Source: Neoechinorhynchus agilis | Lineage: Eukaryota; Animalia; Acanthocephala | NCBI GenBank assembly: GCA_051530055.1 | Contig: CM121341.1 | Span: forward strand, 12,812,784 to 12,876,783 | Direction: 5' to 3' | Length of the DNA stretch: 64,000 nucleotides | In this document: positions 12,601 through 26,302 of the stretch, piece after piece | How positions within the stretch are numbered: the first letter of the stretch is position 1 | Layout: each line of letters starts with the position of its first letter | Notes under the pieces: generated by a model | Seen by the model: the letters and a program-made list of their open reading frames with translations, nothing else | What the model was told of the DNA's origin: nothing | The model's database searches: none | Program-made: the position numbers and the translations under genes

Positions 12601-15600
12601 ATCCTCAACACCTGATATCGTCAACAAATTTCTATGCTTTGAGATGTTAGTTTTATAGTCCACTTGACTGCGTTATCTTTGTTGTTTAAAGATTGAACTA
12701 TTCAAATGTTTTTATAGCGCAAAAATTAAAGGATTTTATTAATTCCAATTGTTTTCGGAACCATAATATTGTACCCGTTTATCACGGTTTTAAATGTACT
12801 TTATACACCCAAATGCAATCCTCAACACCTGATATCGTCAACAAATTTCTCCGTATTGAAATGTTAGTTTTATAGCCCACTTGACTGCATTATCTTTGTT
12901 CTTTGAAGATTGAACTATTCGAATGTTTTTATGGCGCAAAAATTAAAGGATTTTATTAATTCCAATTGTTTTCGGAACCATAATTTTATACGCATTTATC
13001 ACTGTTGTAAAAGTGCTTTATTCACCAAAATGCAATCCTCAACACCTGATATCGTCAACAAATTTCTCCGCTTTGAGATGTTAGTTTTATAGTCCACTTG
13101 ACTGCGTTATCTTTGTTGTTTGAATATTGAACTATTCGAATGTTTTTATAGCGCAAAAATTAAAGGATTTTATTAATTCCAATTGTTTTCGGAACCATAA
13201 TTTTGTACCCGTTTATCACTGTTGTAAACGTGCTTTATTCACCAAAATGCAATCCTCAACACCTGATATCGTCAAACAATTTCTCCGCTTTGAGATGTTA
13301 GTTTTATAGTCCACTTGACTGCTTGTTTTGTTGTTTAAAGATTGAACAATTCGAATGTTTTTATGGCGCAAAAATTAAAGCCTTTTATTAATTCCAATTG
13401 TTTTCGGAACCATAATTTTTTGCGTTTATCACTGTTGTAAACGTGCTTTATTCACCAAAATGCAATCCTCAACACCTGATATCGTCAAACAATTTCTCCG
13501 CTTTGAGATGTTAGTTTTATAGTCCACTTGACTGCGTTATCTTTGTTGTTTAAAGATTGAACTATTCGAATGTTTTTATGGCGCAAAAATTAAAGCATTT
13601 TATTAATTCCAGTTGTTTTCGGAACTATAATTTTATACGCATTTATCACTGTTGTAAAAGTGCTTTATTCACCAAAATGCAATCCTCAACACCTGATATC
13701 GTCAACAAATTTCTATGCTTTGAGATGTTAGTTTTATAGTCCACTTGACTGCGTTATCTTTGTTGTTTAAAGATTGAACTATTCAAATGTTTTTATAGCG
13801 CAAAAATTAAAGGATTTTATTAATTCCAATTGTTTTCGGAACCATAATATTGTACCCGTTTATCACGGTTTTAAATGTACTTTATACACCCAAATGCAAT
13901 CCTCAACACCTGATATCGTCAACAAATTTCTCCGTATTGAAATGTTAGTTTTATAGCCCACTTGACTGCATTATCTTTGTTCTTTGAAGATTGAACTATT
14001 CGAATGTTTTTATGGCGCAAAAATTAAAGGATTTTATTAATTCCAATTGTTTTCGGAACCATAATTTTGTACGCGTTTATCACTGTTGTAAACGTGCTTT
14101 ATTCACCAAAATGCAATCCTCAACACCTGATATCGTCAACAAATTTCTCCGCTTTGAGATGTTTGTTTTATAGTCCACTTGAATGCATTATTTTTGTTGT
14201 TTGAATATTGAACTATTCGAATGTTTTTATATCGCAAAAATTAAAGGATTTTATTAATTCCAATCGTTTTCGGAACCATAATTTTGTACGCGTTTATCAC
14301 TGTTGTAAACGTGCTTTATTCACCAAAATGCAATCCTCAACACCTGATATCGTCAAACAATTTCTCCGCTTTGAGATGTTAGTTTTATAGTCCACTTGAC
14401 TGCGTTGTCTTTGTTGTATAAAGATTGAACTATTCGAATGTTTTTATTGCGCAAAAATTAAAGGATTTTATTAATTCCAATTGTTTTCGGAACCATAATT
14501 TTGTACGCATTTATCACTGTTGTAAACGTGCTTTATTCACCAAAATGCAATCCTCAACACCTGATATCGTCAAACAATTTCTCCGCTTTGAGATGTTAGT
14601 TTTATAGTCCACTTGACTGCGTTTTCTTTGTTGTTTAAAGATTGAACTATTCGAATGTTTTTATGGCGCAAAAATTAAAGGATTTTATTAATTCCAATTG
14701 TTTTCGGAACCATTATTTTGTACCCGTTTATCACGGTTGTAAAAGTACTGTATTCCCCCAAATGCAATCCTCGACACCTGATATCATCAGCAAATTTCTC
14801 CCTTTTGAAATGTTAGTTTTATAGTCCACTTGACTGCATTATCTTTGTTGTTTCAAGATTGAACTATTCGAATGTTTTTATGGCGCAAAAATTAAAGCAT
14901 TTTATTAATTCCAATTGTTTTTCGGAACCACAATTTTGTAACCGTTTATCACGGTTGTAAAAGGTCTTTATTCACCCAAATGCAATCCTCAACACCTGAT
15001 ATCGTCAACAAATTTCTCCGTTTTTAAGTGTTAGTTTTATAGTCCACTTGACTGCATTATCTGTACTCTTTGAAGACTGAACTATTCGAATGTTTTTATG
15101 GCGCAAAAATTAAAGGATTTTATTAATTCCAATTGTTTTCGGAATTATAATTTTGTACGCGTTTATCACGGTTGTAAAAGTACTTTATTCACCCAAATGC
15201 AATCCTCAGCACCTGATATCGTCAACAAAATTCTCCGTTTTGAAATGTTAGTTTTATTGTGCACTTGATGGCATTATCTTTGTTGTTTAAAGACTGAACT
15301 GTTCGAATGTTTTTATGGCGCAAAAATTAAAGGATTTTATTAATTCCAATTGTTTTCGGAACCATAATTTTGTACGCGTTTATCACTGTTGTAAACGTGC
15401 TTTATTCACCAAAATGCGATCCTCGACACCTGATATCGTCAGCAAATTTCTCCCTTTTGAAATGTTAGTTTTATGCTCCACTTGACTGCATTATCTTTGT
15501 TGTTTGAAGATTAAACTATTGGAATGTTTTTATGGCGCAAAAATTAAAGGATTTTGTTAATTCCAATTGTTTTCGGAACCATAATTTTGTACGCGTTTAT

Positions 15601-16291
15601 CACGGCTGTAAAAAGTGCTTTATTCACCCAAATGCAATCCTCAACACCTGATATCGTTAACAAATTTCTCCGTTTGGAAATGTTGGTTTTATAGTCCACT
15701 TGACGGCATTATCGTTGTTGTTTAGAGATTGAACTATTCGAATGCTTTTATGGCGCAAAAATTAAAGGATTTTATTAATTCCAATTGTTTTCGGAACCAT
15801 AATTTTGTACGCGTTTATCACTGTTGTAAAAGTGCTTTATTCACCCAAATGCAATCCTCAACACCAGATATCGTTAACAAATTTCTCCGTTTTGAAATGT
15901 TAGTTTTATAGTCCACTTGACTGCATTATCTTTGTTCTTTGAAGATTGAACTATTCGAATGTTTTTACATCGCAAAAATTAAACGATTTTATTAATTCCA
16001 ATTGTTTTCGGAACCATAATTTTGTACGCATTTATCACTGTTGTAAAAGTGCTTTATTCACCAAACGCAATCCTCAACACCCGATATCGTTAACAAATTT
16101 CTCCGTTTTGAAATTTTGTTGTTTCAAGATTGAACTATTCGAATGTTTTTATGGCGCAAAAATTAAAGGATTTTATTAATTCCAATTGTTTTCGGAACCA
16201 TAATTTTGTACGCGTTTATCACGGTTGTAAAAGTACTGTATTCACCCAAATGCAATCCTCAACACCTGATATCGTCAACAAATTTTTTCGC
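9637..16291. repeat. Satellite array, 217-bp monomer, about 31 copies
   Basis: The same 60-codon pseudo-ORF recurs at 217-bp spacing (e.g. 10743/10960, 13557/13774/13991); the unit is not a multiple of 3. Confidence 0.98.
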
Positions 16292-17189
16292 TTTTTTTGC
16301 CCAAATCGATTCGATTATTATCTTCGCCTATTGTTTGCGACGTTCAACCCGTTTCGATGCACAATCTCTACAAATCATCGAAGCCTTGTAGAGCATTGTT
16401 CTCGCGTTTGAACTCGATTTTTTGCTTTTTAGGTAACATCTTCATACTTCTTTAGAAACGTTAAATATTACGTATCATAAAATAATTTTTTTGAATAGAT
16501 GGGGTGTAGTTTCTTCATTTCTATATTTTCGATCGAAGGTTCACCATTTATCCCTTCTCCATCTCACTTTTACGATAATTTTTTATAACTTTGTAGTATT
16601 TATTTGAGGTTATCATGAGTGTATTGGAAAAATAGATGGAGATTTGTAATCAGAAAAGCGACATTTTCAACGGCCTTTAAGGAAGATTTAGTTCCATTAG
16701 TGAGTCTTATGGAAATTAGCTACCACAGCAAATTTAAATCAGAGATTGAATTAACGTGTTATATGTTCATTATTAGACTTTAGTGCCAGCAATTACACTT
16801 TTGTAGGATGCTCTTTGTGAATGAAAGATATCATATTGCTTTTTAATGTGTTCCAAAAAATTGATTTGCTGAAATTGACCCGTAAAAATGTACGAACAAG
16901 CACGGTACTAACCAACATTCTTGTCGTAATTTAAAACTATTCTGAACTCATACTGAATTCTTATCTGAAGATCTATCATCCTTTAATCCAAAAGTATTTG
17001 GTGCATTTCGATGAATCACTCCTCGCATCGTTTATCATCCCAAATCTTCACTAAAAGACAATGGACTTTTAAAGGTATTTTACAAAGACATTAAATAATA
17101 GCAAAATGCGTTAATAATGTTGATAATAAAGAAACAGAATAGAACACCCATTCATAGAAGACTGTTATTTTACAAATATCTTAGAACAT

Positions 17190-20100
17190 TCAATTAATGA
17201 CCAATCGACGACACCTGGGACTTAGAGAAGTAACTGCTTTTACGATACTCTCGACGATGAACCATTCCTTTGAATCCGGTTCAATTGTCCTCGGATTAAC
17301 TAGTAAATCTGCTATGAGTTTATCCAGTGCTTTTCTTAGAGCACCAGCCATATCCAGATCACCACGTCGTACATTAACACTGATCCAGTCGTCCAGAACG
17401 AATACCTCGGGTTGGTTGTTCATGATTGTGTGACGACTATTTGTAGGGACGAGTTTTTGAGCGCAGAAGAGTAGAGAAAGAGGGTTGACTGGACACAAGT
17501 CGTACACAACTGTGTTTGAGCTTTTTACTTTATCGAAATAAGCAAAATAATGCGAAGGTAGATCGAGCATTGTTAGATTGTAACACAAGGATCTTTGTGA
17601 AACCATTAACGTATTGTTCGAAGGAGTTGTAAGAACGAGGTTTCGTTGTGCACTAACGAGTGGTTTTGCCTTTGCGATGTTTGGATAGAACGCGAGGCAC
17701 AAAATGAACGCAAGGAGATCCATATTATTTCCATTAAGGTTATAATCACGCCCGTAGCCTCTGCCGCGTTTCATAAAGTTTAAACACATCACAACATCCC
17801 ATAATTGTCGCCTAACATTTTTTATATTTCGCAATTTGTATTCCGATAAAAGATTTTCATCGCAGAACTGTCTGGACTGATTGTGATTAATCCATTCGTT
17901 GTAGACACGAAGGAGCATGAAGTGGTCAGAAAAAGACAGAGGACCTCGGTCACAAAATCGAAATTTTGACCTTATTTTATCAACATCGGACTCGTTACCG
18001 GGTATGACGTGGAAAGGATCCGAGCTGCCTAAAAACGCTGCGATTGTCAGAATTGGCTCGATACAGTCAAAGAGGACGCCGAGTAAAACAAGCTTGCCTA
18101 TCTGGGCTTCACATGGTAATCGTGCAAGGTGACCACCTAAAGGAGTCAAATCATGATCTGAACGTTGTAGAGCGTCTATTGAAGCAAGGAATTCAATCGA
18201 TGATCTTAAAAGATCGTCCGTTGGAGGATCCACGGCTTCGGATAAGAATCCGCGCACATCATCTACTCCACTGTTTTTGACACTTAATATCACTCCATCC
18301 AAGCGATTCGTCAAAAGCTCAGATTTGGGATAATCTGCCATTTGGCAATCGTGATGGAAACGAGAATATAAGTGAAGACAGAGACCATCGGCACATCTAC
18401 CTGCTCTACCTAACCTCTGTATTACATTTGAGCGTGTAATCCATTGCTGTTGAAGAAGACGGGTACCAATACTCGTGTCGTAGCCTTCTTGTTTCGAGAA
18501 TCCTGTGTCAATCACAAATCCAACATCATCAATTGTAATACTTGACTCCGCAATATTCGTAGCCACTATTACTTTACGCTTTCCTTCTGGAGCAGGACAA
18601 AAAACTTCAGACTGTAGGTCATTTGGAAGCATGCTATGAAGCGGAAGCAAATGAAGATTGGGGTACTTTTTCAGCTCATGAGTAACTTGTTTTATTTCCT
18701 GCATTCCAGGAACAAATATCAATATTGAACGATTTGGTGCATTGCTATTATCATAGGAAAGTGCACAAATCTTCTTAACGGCTGCGACTACCAACATAGG
18801 ATCGACTTTGTCAAATCTTATAGACTGAAGAACTCTTCTTGCTTTAAACGGTTTTAAATGGATCGAAAGTAGCGCCATGGAATTTAAAGAAAGCGAGGAT
18901 TTCACTAGCTAATAAGAACTATAAAAACTTTAAACTAAATATAAGAACTTCGAAAACCACGTTAGATTGCATTTCCGTGAAACTATATCGTATGTATTTT
19001 GAAAGACTTCAAATTCCAATTTTTTGTAAACAAACAAGTTTTCATTTGTAATTCTTGCAATATTTAAGTCAGCCCATAATTAATTTTCGTAAATTTCGTA
19101 GATAATTTATGACCTGTTTGAGTATCAAGAAGATCAAATTTAAGCAACGACTATTGTCGGTTTTAATGTTCGACTTCAATTAATGCCTTAGAAACTGAAA
19201 ATGCAATAAAAGATGCATAGAGAACTGAAAGTTCCTTTGAGTTAAAGATCTGAAAAGTATGATCCGCCTACTCTATATTCCCTAATTGTGATCCACTTTT
19301 ACCTTTAGGAGAGAGATCTCCCATTGATTGGATATATGCTTCAAACCTAGATTTGTTATCATCATTCTTACTCGATTTCCATTGCGGAGCCATCGGTAAA
19401 TACATTTGAGCAAGTTCTTCGGCCCAATCTTCAATAAAAATGCTTTTCACTCGATAGTTTCTCGCAGGTACGTGTACAATAGGTACATGCATGTTTGTGT
19501 TACCAATCCACTCACTGAATTTACTCGCCTGAACAGACGCACTCATGAGAATGAGCTTAAGGTCTGGTCGTAAAGCGAGGAGTTTTTTTAGATAAATAAG
19601 AAGCAGTTCAGTCTCAAGAGCTCGTTCGTGCACTTCATCGACGATTATATGAGAGAAATCTCTTAGAAGATTATCCGCCTCCACGTACTTGAGTGCGATG
19701 CCGGTTGTGCACATGAGAATGGATCCGCCATATCGACTAGCAGGTAGTTTCTGATCGAATCTAATGTGGTATCCAACAGCACTAGGAATAGCCAACTCCT
19801 GAGAAATTCGTCTAGCAAGTGATGTGGCACAAATCCGTCTGGGCTGAGTACAAAGTACTCTACAAGTGGATCCTTCTTTCCTGTCATACACTTTATCTTC
19901 AATTATGTATTGTGGAACTTGCGTGCTTTTACCGCAACCGGTTTCACCCGTAAGTACGATTACCTGGTTTCGATTGATTTCATTGATCAGCTGAGCCCGA
20001 AATGCAAACACGGGCAACCTTTCCCTATTCGGCGACTTCTAATCCGATTACGATAAAACGTAGTGAGACAACAAATTTTTAAATCAAAAACTCGCTAAGA

Positions 20101-20825
20101 AACAGCATTTTCTGGTATAATGGCGCACAATCAAAACCATTACACATTAAGCATCAACGATCAGTGAATGTTAAAATTTAGAACAAAAAAAAGAGAATTA
20201 GATCATTATTGTGTCGTACAACTTTTCGGTTAGAACCCGCGTTTCTATGGGCTTCTAGTTTTCTCCGTTTTAGAGATTCTTCAAACTGGTCAAATAGTAG
20301 CTGATTATATTTGTCAGAGTTCCTAAGTGCTGGATATTTCACCTGTGATACGGAGTGCTCATTGACTTGATCACCAAATCGGAGAGGCCGTGAAGCTATT
20401 TCCGCTAATCGCCTGGGAAGATCCGCTGGATTCTGAGTAAAAGTTGATACTCTTTCAAAGAGATTGGGGACCTCAAATGCATGAATAAGTACATCATGCA
20501 CTCTATCTTTTTTAGATCTTGCGTTTCTTGCGAAATGAAGTCCGATGTCCTTACCTCGGAGATTCTTTGGTCTGGGCTGGTCAGCATGAGTCATTCTGTG
20601 AACTATCGCTTGAATATACTGATGGCGCTCGTTTTCGGCTTCCTGTGAATTTGCAAACGATGGGTCGAAAGACACACTGAGCGCTCGAATAGGTTCATCG
20701 CTTGAGACTTGGGAATTCATTGAATTTGATTGATTTCCTCTACGATACGGTCGATTTTTAGATACTTTGTGAAGTGATCGACGACCTGCTGTCACCATCA
20801 TCACCAACGGACGAGGCAATTGCAT
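17190..20825 (-). CDS. DHX36: DEAH-box G-quadruplex helicase DHX36/RHAU-like, 3 exons
   Basis: N-terminal PKNLRGKDIGLHFA resembles the DHX36-specific motif; GETGCGKSTQ, DEVH, MSAS, ATNIAESSITI, QRLGRAGR, HA2 and OB regions; GT-AG introns at about 20217-20040 and 19280-18905. Confidence 0.9.
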
Positions 20826-21699
20826 TAAACGTATTGGCGAACAACAACGAATGCCTCTGAATAATGACGTAGCGCTTTAAAAAACGAAAGAAAGGAGATT
20901 GACGCAGTGGGGCAGTATCAAAAAGCGCTGAAGCGGACTAATGTGGCGCAGCTTTAAGGGTCTGTTGATTTTAGAAACGTTGCATAACGCGAAGAGTTTG
21001 GCGTATTTTAAATTTATCGATATAAGGCATCGTACAGTAATTGCCGTTTTCCATGCAATCTTGACTCCTTGTTAACCGTCAAAACCAAAGGATCGAGAAT
21101 CTTGTGTTTACACGTGAATCAAACACGAAAAGTTATCGAAATATTGCAAATCTATCGCTAAATTTGCCGTCCGCAATTTATGTCTCATTTCAGCCCTTGC
21201 ACATCGTAACCGTTTCTTCCGCGTTTTCGTGATATTGAATCCCTTTTCTCAGGTTAAGAGCCGTGCAACGGGGGAATGCCGCATCCGTTTTTTCGACCGT
21301 TACACAAGGACGACAGCTGAGTGATCCAGAGCGGTGGTGGCGTGAATGTTTGTAAGCTCTTTTTATTGATAGCCTATGGGATTTAGAGTCTGTCTCAATT
21401 CTGTCGTCTAAAATCTCAGCCTGGTGCAAACCTTCGGAACTGAAAATAATTTCCGACACTTTCCTAAGGCATTCTTAATATTTGATAAAAGATAATTGCT
21501 TAATTGGCTCAAAAAAATCCAACGCTCATTTCAAAAATATTTTTTAAAACCCTATAAAAGACCTTATAATTGACCTTCGGCTCTTTAAAGCAGGTTTGCT
21601 GCCAAGATTGCGACTGATATTAATTAGCATCGATGCCAACTTTCTATAACTTCAAATAGGATACCTCGTTCAAAAGTTCAGGTTTCGTTATGTAAAAAC

Positions 21700-22040
21700 T
21701 GGGCAAATGCCTTCTCTGGGACGCCACGTGTGTGAACACCCTCGCAGTAAGCAATATTCCCTACTCCCTCGAAATCGCTGGAGGTGCAGCCAGCGCAGCG
21801 GAAGGGAGGAAGGTACGAAAATATAGGGATTTAGCGAGGGCCCACTCTATTGACCCCTTGGGAGTAGAGACGTGTGGAGCGCTTGACAGCTCGGCACTCA
21901 CTCTGCTCCAGGATCTCTCGAAGAAATTGAGAGAAACGACCGGCGACGCACAAGCAGGTGTATTCCTGCGACAAAATATCTTGCTCGCAGTACAACGAGG
22001 CAATGCTGCTAGTGTAATAGTGACAGCCGAGGAAGGAGAG
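21700..22040 (+). mobile_element. CRE-like non-LTR retrotransposon 3' fragment (restriction-like endonuclease region)
   Basis: LWDATCVNTL..AASAAEGRKVRKY..PLGVETCGAL..FLRQNILLAVQRGNAASV. Confidence 0.85.
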
Positions 22041-22374
22041 AAGCTCCAATTTTATCGGACGGTAGCGATTGTACGTTTTGTGCTTTATTATTGTAAGAAA
22101 AGTTAGTTTTTAAAAGAAAGATATAATCCCAATCGGGATTTTTTATAGATATTTTATTATTCCATACACAGCTGCAGATCAGCGCTTCCCATACCAAAAT
22201 CGGTGGACTGTGTGTCCATTCGGCCGTGTATGGAATAATAAAATATATACAAAAAAAGACTACCGGCTGAGGCACCCATAAAAAATGCTAAAAAACCAAT
22301 CGAGATAGTTTATCAATGTTAACCCAGTAAACGACTTGACAATCAGGAAAAACGACCAAGACATTACATCCTTT

Positions 22375-23453
22375 AATTTTAATTTGGCAAATGCGACCTA
22401 GAGTTTATTTCCCTAGCTTTCGCAATCTAAAATGTGATGCGGGGAGACAAACAGATCACAACATTCGCATCGACTCCGCTAGCGCATTCCTCTTGTGGTT
22501 GATGAGGTGCATCCGCCCGCCCTCATCCTCAGTTCTTTCCCATGCCAAAATCAAAAGCGCCTCCGCTATCGCTAAATCCACCGGGTCTCGGGCTTTATAA
22601 ATTATCTCGGTAGAGAGATTCACAATGCCAATGATATAAACGAATCCAGTTGGTAGTGCAAGCCGTGCAAGAAGGCCATCTTCATGCATCGAGATTCTCA
22701 TCACCCTTGGGTGATAAAACAGGCGAGCTACGCTCGGGTGCATCGGACTACACGGACGTGCTCATCATCGGTAGATGCGGAACGATTGGCGGTTCAGGAA
22801 ATCAATGAATTGTTGGCTCAGAATGGATACTCAGGTCAGGAGATCAGAAGACTTCAATTACGCCCGGAAAAGGCTAGCCAGCAAATGGTTGATGATCTCG
22901 AGGGGAATCGGCAAAAGCTAAAGATTATTCTGAAGATTCCATTCGTCAGCGAGCAATTCACGAACGACATAAGACGACTGCTGTGAAGAGCGGGATTGGA
23001 TGTTCGCCTGGTTTTCCGGCGTTGCGTCGAATCATGACGAGGACGGGGGACATCATGAAGCACCAAGTTCATGCCCGAGCGCATGTAAGATGTGTAGACT
23101 TGCGCCAGACGATCTGAAGAGAGCAACGTTGTGTATAAGATTACCTACGAACGTTGCAAAGAAGGAAATGTCGTTATGTCATACATTGGGAAGACGGAGC
23201 GACCGCTATAGTACGTAATGCGCTCAACCCCAGTACGCCAGCAGCCACAACTTGGGCAGAACACCATTCGCGGTGTCGATGCAGATATTGTGATCTGCTT
23301 GTGTCTCCCCGCCTAACATTTTAGATTGCCCAGTTGAAGCCGTAAAACGGCGAAAGCTAGGCAAATAAATAAACTCTAGGCCTCATTTGTCAAATTAAGT
23401 TAAAACTAAGACACGCGGCTGGAAAATCAAGCAGCAATTCACGCTATTATGCT
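22375..23453. mobile_element. Penelope-like element remnant with inverted pLTR termini and a 12-bp target-site duplication
   Basis: GIY-YIG-region motifs (LKIPFVSE, VVYKI..SYIGKTERPL on +; IIYKARDPVDLAIAEALLI on -); inverted repeats at about 22375-22475 and 23275-23400; ATTACATCCTTT at 22363-22374 and 23454-23465. Confidence 0.85.
23328..23362 (+). ncRNA. Minimal hammerhead ribozyme motif with a degenerate core
   Basis: GCC-CAGTTGA-A-GCCGT AAA ACGGC-GAAA-GC-T-A-GGC, then AAATAAA; two substitutions in CUGAUGA. Confidence 0.65.
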
Positions 23454-24208
23454 ATTACATCCTTTCAGATAGACCAAAAGCACGGAACTGAACTTTTTGT
23501 ACCTGAATGTGCTCAAGGATGTTTAAAATGCAAGGTTAAAGCTAAATGACCTCTTGATTTGTTGATTGACAGAAGGGAGGAGATTAAATATTCCAACTGT
23601 TTGACACATTCTTCAGAACCTAACGCAGAGTAAATCGGTCAGTTTTTCCAAACTCTTCATTGTTCATCATCAGATGCGCCTTTCTGGATTACTCGGGATC
23701 GAACCCTTTACCGTTTTGCAAAGCAAGAGACTCCTGACATCGGACTTTGCAGACATTGTGGAGTTTAAATTTATTATAAATATACATAAAATAAATATTT
23801 ATGTGACCAACTACCGAACGTCCACATATTCGCTTTAACTTCAGGACAAAAGTTCAAGACTATTGCTGAGTATTTCTCTTTTCAATATTTGTTTTATTGA
23901 CCACTTGGTTAATAATAATGCCACCTACCAAATTTTCTTCATAAAAACAATTTTATTCGGTCTTCGTTCAAGGAAACAAGAAAAAAGCTATGTTCTTGAA
24001 CGAAAGCTTCGTTTTTATTTTATCATCTCGTCAAATATTTGTCCCCAAGTCGACATTCAAGAATTTCATCCAGCACAATGTACTTATTTAAGAGAAGACG
24101 ATGTTCTTCTTTTCTTTACAAAGGTAATTGGTTCGTCGCTGCGGCAAATCACATATCTTACATGGTCGATTGCCCTCCCGTTGAAGATATAAAGACACTG
24201 TAATTTCT

Positions 24209-24798
24209 TCAAACTCTCTTCCGATTGCCGTTCAAAAAACGTTCAACCACGCTCTTTACTGCAATCTTGATTTTCCTTGATTCTACGGTGCCGTCATCAT
24301 TCTTTAAAAGGTTAAACATTGGCAGTACTGTGCCGTCCAGCCTCTTTAAACTAAATGCACACATTGATGCACCGCTTGCAGCTCTGCCGATATCCTGAGG
24401 ATCCAAATATCGGATATTTGCGGCATTCAGTGTCCTTATATCTCCAAATACAGCGTTGTCCTGAAATATTTGTTTGAGTGCTTGATAAGAAGTTGATAGA
24501 CATTCGCGATGAGATTTCAAAATTTTCATATGAAATACTTCGTGTGCGCTTTAGAAATAAAAATGCGACTTTATTACAAATTTCGATATTTTAAAGTAAT
24601 TCGCCAACGTGACTTCGATAAAACGTCTTTTATTTGCACTGAACCTCTACTTACAAGATTCCTAAGACCTGCCAGCAGGGGCTGCATGCCTGGATTATTC
24701 GATGTCTTGGATTTCTTGAAATTCAGGAATCGACATAAATAATGAAACTGACTGTTAGAGTTACTGCTTTCAAGGGATGGAAGTAAATATCCATTCAA
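24209..24798 (-). CDS. Hypothetical protein (74-aa and 106-aa ORFs, possibly joined by a 29-nt GT-AG intron)
   Basis: Both ORFs stay open in the paralogue at 31627-32225 despite substitutions and an in-frame 9-bp indel. Confidence 0.4.
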
Positions 24799-25127
24799 AC
24801 GAAATCGCGATAAACAAGTATCTTTAATGCAGGTTTCATTCTAAAATGCATTTTACTCAATTATTCGTTTTTGATTATGCAAGGGTCGGTTAAAACTCAA
24901 GGGAAACGCCGTTTAATATCTTCTTAGCCAAACAACGTTGAGTAATACGGTTCCTCGTTCACACAATGCAAACGATGAAGAGCATTAAGAAGAGGTTCGC
25001 CAACATAAACAAAACTGTTGCCTATTTGAGCACTCCTGCTTTATATCAAATCTACAAGGGTCGAAATCATGTTTCGTTCCCTTTGGCGTCAAGAAACTCG
25101 GGTCGTTTAGTACCGCAGCGCACTCCC

Positions 25128-25226
25128 AATGCCAGTTTGGGTCAACCGGCTCGAATCCGTTGCCGCTTTTGACTCATAACAAAAGGGGACGAAATATCGA
25201 TGAAGGAAGGAAACTCACTGATGAGT
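25128..25226 (+). mobile_element. Truncated copy of the tRNA-headed, hammerhead-core SINE-like element
   Basis: B-box-like GGCTCGAATCC, then GGGGACGAAATATC..CTGATGAGT; ends at the breakpoint of duplication B. Confidence 0.7.
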
Positions 25227-26057
25227 AATCAATCTCCTGTAAATTCGAGTGCTCATGAGGACCCAAAGATACTTGGGTCCTTTTCTTTGTTAATTAGCAA
25301 ATAAACGTGTTATTATTAATAACCAAATGTTCTCGACGTTCGATAATACAAAACAACATAGCGAAGAACGTGATAAAATTTAAAATTCAAGTGATTACAA
25401 GGACGAACCAAACAACATTGTACAAAACTTTCTTGGAAATATAGGTAAAAGTTAAAAATATTATTTCGCTCGACAAGCTGTCTTATGTTGAATACTTAAA
25501 CCACATTTACGAGAATATAACAGCAATAGAAAAGCAAAATGGTACCTTTGAAGAAATTGAGGACGAAGGGTTAACCGTAAATTTGGAAACAGTAGTTTAA
25601 CAGATTATAATTTTAGTTCTTCAACACAATCTCTTGGCAGCAATACTACTTTTCACTACAACATGTATATTGATGAATATTGTAAATGGCTGCTATGGCT
25701 TCTTGCTTAATTTTTAAAGCAAAATTTAGGCGCATTCAATGAAACGTCGATTATACGGATATATTATTGTCGACTACATGAACTTTATATTAGTGCGTTT
25801 TCTAACTGCAAAACGCTTTAAGGCGATTTCGTTTTAGGTCGAAAGGGCAAAAATCTCCCTAGTGAAAGGAAATTCTTGATTTAGTAAACATCTGCGTAAG
25901 ATATTGGATTAGCTTATTGTCAAGTGATTTAGATAAACTAAAAGAAAACGCAACGTCTTGAACATAGAATTAAGACTTGAAATATTTAATCAGTATAAGA
26001 TTATTCTTTTTACCATACACGGCTAAATTATGGGCACACAAGTGTACTAATACTACT

Positions 26058-26302
26058 AATGCCAGTTTGGGTCAACCGGTTCGAATCCGTTACCGCTTTT
26101 GACTCATAACAAAAGGGGACGAAATACATATGAAGGAAGGAAACTAACTGATGAGTCCCACCTCCTGGAGGTATCTGCGGATCCAGAGGGACGTACAAAC
26201 TCATAACCGTATATTTCGTAGCATTAAGTGATTTTATGCGCTTCCCGGGGCCTGATCAGTAGGTTATGTGCCCAAGGAAAATTATCAGCCGTGTGGCCAC
26301 AC
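26058..26302 (+). mobile_element. tRNA-headed SINE-like element with hammerhead cores (5'-truncated)
   Basis: B box GGTTCGAATCC; GGGGACGAAATAC; CTGATGAGTCCC..GGGAC; 3' block TGTGCCCAAGGAAAATTATCAGCCGTG..GGCCACAC shared with 42377-42585. Confidence 0.75.

Larger units (their letters stand above)
22296..24946. repeat. Segmental duplication A, copy 1 (interrupted by the PLE at 22375-23453)
   Basis: 22296-22374 plus 23466-24946 is colinear with 30803-32373. Confidence 0.9.

Noticed and set aside
9834-16411. About 20 repeated 60-aa ORFs (MNYSNVFMAQK...)
   Set aside because: They are an artefact of the 217-bp satellite: TTG starts, a unit length not divisible by 3, and many copies frameshifted
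23641-23676. Minus-strand CTGATGATGAAC..GTTTGGAAA motif (also about 31059-31092)
   Set aside because: Weak stem II and no UH or stem I; at best a very old relic, so not counted
24090-24180. Minus-strand RPCKICDLPQRRTNYLC, resembling a piggyBac C-terminal Cys domain
   Set aside because: Only three Cys, out of frame with the upstream ORF, and no DDD transposase or TTAA termini found
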